Of a stretch of 64,000 nt of DNA, positions 59,301 through 64,000 are shown piece by piece. The DNA is from Bispira polyomma. Lineage: Eukaryota. Location of the stretch: the NCBI GenBank assembly GCA_965649765.1, contig OZ287757.1, positions 24,180,001 to 24,244,000 of the forward strand. Reading direction: 5' to 3'. Every line of letters begins with the position of its first letter. Position 1 is the first letter of the stretch. Both the position numbers and the translations under genes were made by a program. The notes under the pieces were generated by a model, which was not told where the DNA came from, did not search any database, and saw nothing but the letters and a program-made list of their open reading frames with translations.

Positions 59301-61499
59301 GTAAATAATATGTAAAAAGTTGTTCTCTTTCTCTTTTATATTTAATACACGCTCAGAATAATGTTGCTCATTCTCATTTTGTTTTTCATTACAATTAGCA
59401 CTTAACCTTAGGGGTTTACTTTTATATCTTCCAGTTTTGACTTCTATCGGTAAAGTTCCTGATCTTAGTTTATGGCCAAAATAGATCTTTAAGTTATTTT
59501 AAGTTTAACATAACTTTCACTGTTTATGTGATGCTTAAAATTAGTATTATAAATTTTTAACTTTGGTTTTGAACAACATTGAATCTTGCCAGTCAATATC
59601 ATATATCAGCCAATATCAGATATCAGTATAGAACTGAGAAAACAAGAATGACTGGGTCATCGTTCTGGGGGGTAGATAGTCATTCTGCAGAAGCTTTGAT
59701 TGGAAATAGTCTGTCACTAAACAACTGACAATTGAGGGTGTCACTTGAAAGTTAATAAAATCACAATTAAGACCTCGAAATTGAGAAATAGCAATTACAT
59801 AGGAAAAGCAATTCATCATTGTGTCACATAAGTTAAGTAATTCCTAATTAAATCATCAATTTAGAAATCACATCAATTGACTTTGTTTAGCTTTCAAATA
59901 ATACCAATGGCAATTTAAAATCAACGTATTTATGACTTGGATTGACACCACCATTAATTTTCTTATAGCTATGGTAGCAGTCTGAAATTGTCTATATGCC
60001 TATTGTGAAAATCCTTTCTGAATTGTGATAAATGTATATAAAAAGTTATCTTATTATTGTTGATAATGTTGATAATTTGAGTTTTATCAGCATATTTACT
60101 AAAATGTTCGGTTTTACTGTAAGAGATCAATAGAGGTGATTTCTGACTATAAACCTATACACATTTACATTTACAAAATAGTAAAACGAAGAATGCTTCG
60201 ATAAAAACCTAAACATTTGATTTACAATGTATTTATTTTTTTTGTGGCAGTGTAAGGCCTTTTAAGTAGACAAGTACACAGGTAATCTGTTTGAAGTACA
60301 AAAATATATTATACTTTCATAAAATCTTGACTGAGAATGTTAACTGGAAAGCAACTCTTCAAACTTCACAGAAAATGTGGTGTTCAATTATGGGTTTACC
60401 AGTTTTACTATTTTATCATTATTTGTGACATTTTTCAATGTTTAATTTGTCAGTGTTTCATTTTTATGTCAACTGATGAAGTTGATGCCATAATGCCATG
60501 GGTCTGTGTATCACAGACTATATTGATAAAAAAAATGCTTGGATGTTCAAATTTTTGAAATTTCAAAATTTTTACTTGTATTCTCTTAATGTTAAATATA
60601 TCATTAACAATTGGGTTTTTAAAAAGCATTTGCAAGTAGTTCCTACTTCTCAACAGTTGAAGTGTGGTATTAATGTCGAATTTCAGTTTCATCAATTATA
60701 TTTGGGAACCTTTTGGGACTAAAAGGCAACTGTTGTTTTAAGTCATCTCAAATTTTTCTTTATATGTTAGTCAAAATAATTTTACATGTAGAAAAATGCA
60801 TGTGGCCTTGTTTGGATTGGCTAACCTCACTTTGAGATTCAGGAATAAATATTGAGAAAGGCCTGTCATCTCCTAATTGAGCTTAGATCACTTAAAACAC
60901 TTTCTGGGCTTAGAAAACTTGAAAAGAAGGTTAACATATAACTAAAGTTTTCTGCAAAAATTGTTACTGATACACAGCATATTTCCGATAAAAAAAAATA
61001 TATTTGCATCTGATTAACATTATTAAAGCACTAACAAACACCCTTTGTCTTTTATTTTAAACTCATAACAAAAATCCATAATAAATCAAATCTATTGAAC
61101 ATACTTATTCAAAATGAATTAATGCATACCTCATGCCATGACATCATAGTTGTGTGACCTATATTATTTTCCATTAACGTTTTGGGTTTGTTGCGCCTTA
61201 GAATTTGTTGTACAAAGATTAAGCGCTATAAAAGTACGACTAGATTAGATTAAACTCAATATGGGCTTTCCCCATTTCAGAAAGTTGCAAAAACAAAAAA
61301 ACAACATTTTTTTTTCTTTATTTGTGATTGAATATAGACTGGAAAGCATCAAATAGCGTGTGTAAAATAGAAATCTATCTTATAATTGTTGGTAATGTTG
61401 AATTTTTGAGGTTTATCAGTGTATTTACAAAGTGTCCGCTAATCGCTGTCCCGTCCGCTAAGCTGTCCACCCGTGTACGGGGCGAAATGTCTTGACACC
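56347..61499. mobile_element. Foldback/Mutator-like non-autonomous element hosting a nested transposon
   Basis: TIR g...tcaagacat(a/t)tcgcccc; subterminal aactcgcc repeats; 8-bp TSD gttttaaa at 56339-56346 and 61500-61507. Confidence 0.75.
57667..61475. mobile_element. Nested 3.8-kb DNA transposon with CAC...GTG-type ends, no intact ORF
   Basis: TIR (c/t)acgggtggacagc(t/g)tagcggac; TA TSD at 57665-57666 and 61476-61477. Confidence 0.75.
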
Positions 61500-61799
61500 G
61501 TTTTAAACTTGGTTACCAGAAAGTGTTTTATAGAAAGACAACGGAACATAAAAAAAATTCGTTTTATAAGGGAAGTTACATTAAAGCCCTCAATTTACAC
61601 TTTAATAAATTGTACAAGTTACTTACGCTTATAGAAATAAAATATCAACTGTAAAATATCATACTTGTCCAAACTTGTTTATTTAAAATTTGCGGGATAG
61701 AACCCACTTGCGGCTGGTACTATCTAAATTTAGAAAAATACTAAAGTACAGCAAGAACCTCAAAATCGTCGGTGACACCCGGAGGATCAAGATATTTTG

Positions 61800-62960
61800 G
61801 ATGCATTATGTTCACCGAAAACAAGAAAGAGACTATATCGATGAAAAACATCATTAAATAGATAAGTCTTTAAACTATACCATAAGAAATGTAGGGATGG
61901 AGCTGTTGAGGTAAAATATTCCATAGAGTAGGAGCATCATTTGCAAAACTTTTATCAGCGTAAACCTTTGACTTCTGTACTTTGAACTTATGTTTCGAAG
62001 CAAGAAGGAATGTATTTTCGGGAGGAGCTTGCGTGGTATTAGCTTTATACTTGTAGTAGCACAAGAGTAGTTTTAAGTATATGTGCAAAAACTAAATTAA
62101 GAAACTTATACACTATTGTATGGAGCAGTCTGAAAAGCACGCCAATACCTAACAGGGAGCCAATGGGGTAACTTTAGAATGGGTAAAGCATGTGAAAGCC
62201 AAACAAAAGAACTGACCAGACGTGCCAATGAATTATAGATGCATTACAGTTTATTTAGGTCCTTTTTACTTAAACTGAATGAGGAACAGTGAATTCCTGT
62301 AACTAGTTTTCTATTTACCAGAGCATTTGCTACACTTATTGCAACCAATTTTGGTAGGTCTCTATATAAGACCTACGAACCATGACTTACACACTGATTG
62401 GATATAACTAGAGAAGGAATAATCAAACAAACATCTGAAGTTCCTCACTTTGTCAGTGGGCAGAGAACAGTGTCCCAAAAGTATTTACTGGAAAACAGGC
62501 TGATAGTTCAGCACGTTTAGTGCCATCATCAAACAATATGAATTCAGCTTTATCTGTATTTAGCTTGACCTTATTTAGTACCATCGAATTCTGAATATCT
62601 GCCAGGCACTTCTGTAGGACATCTGAGGCACCAACTGATGTGTTTCGAGTAAGGTGCACATCTGTGCATCATTAGCATAAAAGTGATACTTTAAGGAAGG
62701 ATATGGGAAAATGATTTTGTAAGGGTGTAGTGTATAAAGCAAATAAAATAGGTCCAAGCAAAGACCCTTGGGTCATATAAAATATCACCAATGTTAATAG
62801 ACTGGTACCTATCAAAAAATGGGAGATAAACCAATGCAAGACAGCGTCGTCTAGACAAAACTAGATTTTAAATCTTTCAATTAGGATATTGTGATCAATA
62901 GTGTCAAAAATAGCTGATAAGTCCAACTAAATGATAAATTAGGTATCACTGCTATGTTTT
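61800..62960 (-). mobile_element. L2/CR1-type LINE RT and 3' fragment, decayed
   Basis: DLSA.FDTIDH (~62900), YHFYANDAQ (YADD-derived), LKLN.DKAEF-like and FANDAPTLWNILP motifs. Confidence 0.82.
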
Positions 62961-64000
62961 AGTCTCCAGTTAAAGGAACTCAGGTTTGCCATTTTCCCCC
63001 TTTCTTATCTCAGTATCTTAACTAATTGTGGAGCGTGACACATGATCAGACCCCACATTCCAGATAACAGGACAGATTATTTATATTTCCTTCAGGTACC
63101 AGTGCATCTGAGTGTGCAGTTGGATTCTAATACATATATTTACACAATTTTGTCCCATATTATTTAGTGAAGGCAAATGTGATTGAATATAGTTTTGTAA
63201 ACTCTACATTATTTATTGATAAAGATGCTATTTGCATTAAAAGTTATATAGATTTTTTACCAAATTTCATCACTTATGTGAAGAGTTATGTAGGTTGTCT
63301 GAACCTCTTTAGGTCAAACCTTAAGTGACCAGGAATAATATCTCTACTTAAGCAGGATTTCCACTTAACAGGGCAGATTTTAATGTTACAGTTAGTGAGT
63401 ATTTATTTATTATGCTATTTTATTCTGTAAAATAAACTTGCCAATTTCGAGCAGTAGGATTACAATAATAGGTGTTACAATTCTTCACTTATGCATTGAA
63501 ATAAATCCTAATTAGGAAAATAAACTTAACTGATGCTATGAATATTACACATAAAATTTATACATTTTTTTTTTTTTTGCTGCCTTTCTCATTCATCTAA
63601 ATTATGCCCAGGCCAAACATAGAAGAGAGTGCTATGAGTATGATGGGGAATCATGGCGAATTTTTATTCTTTCTTTTTTAAATTTGTTTGTTTTTTATGT
63701 CGGTGACTATAATGAATAAATTATGATGCTAAGGCCAAATACACCACAAAGGTCGAATAATATGCCTCTATGGATGGAAAACTTGTTACGGAGATAAGCA
63801 AAGGGTGAAGTGGTGGAGAATAGAGAAGAATTGGGAAGAATTGACTTCTAACCATGATGAATTTCAGGTATGCCGGATTCGCGATAAAAAAATCGCCACT
63901 GTGTGACCTAGGTTTATCTATCAAGAATGTATGACTAGGAAATAAAATAAGTTTGACAGTACAGCATCTTACCAAGAATGCACTGGTGTTCTCAGTTTAC

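Noticed and set aside
63700-64000. Possible small minus-strand exons (KLRTPVHSW-SHSGDFFIANPAYLKFIM) with a gtaaga donor near 63972
   Set aside because: Truncated by the window edge with no recognisable homology; cannot tell UTR exon, neighbouring gene or chance.

Overview
AT-rich animal genomic DNA, probably a lophotrochozoan/mollusc-like invertebrate (inferred from repeat types only). Most of the window is one minus-strand gene, a CEP295 (KIAA1731)-like centriolar protein. I traced it by hand as 30 GT-AG coding exons (52016 to 6478) with consistent phases, 6192 nt or about 2063 aa, carrying the conserved N-terminal RLSPNEEA block and a C-terminal ALMS motif. Other features: the 3' end of a DIRS tyrosine-recombinase retrotransposon (1-2392), an internally deleted Penelope-like element with a complete type I hammerhead ribozyme (4776-4842, minus), an intronic tRNA-Asn(GTT), a Helentron-type (HINE) satellite carrier, a decayed MULE transposase, L2/CR1 LINE fragments, tRNA-SINEs and many MITEs with clear TIRs and TSDs. 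The most striking unexplained pattern is that at least 10 splice junctions of the CEP295-like gene are locally duplicated or tandemly amplified together with their splice site, leaving arrays of decoy donors or acceptors next to the real exons. Exon coordinates were read by eye; repeat boundaries are approximate unless a TSD is given.
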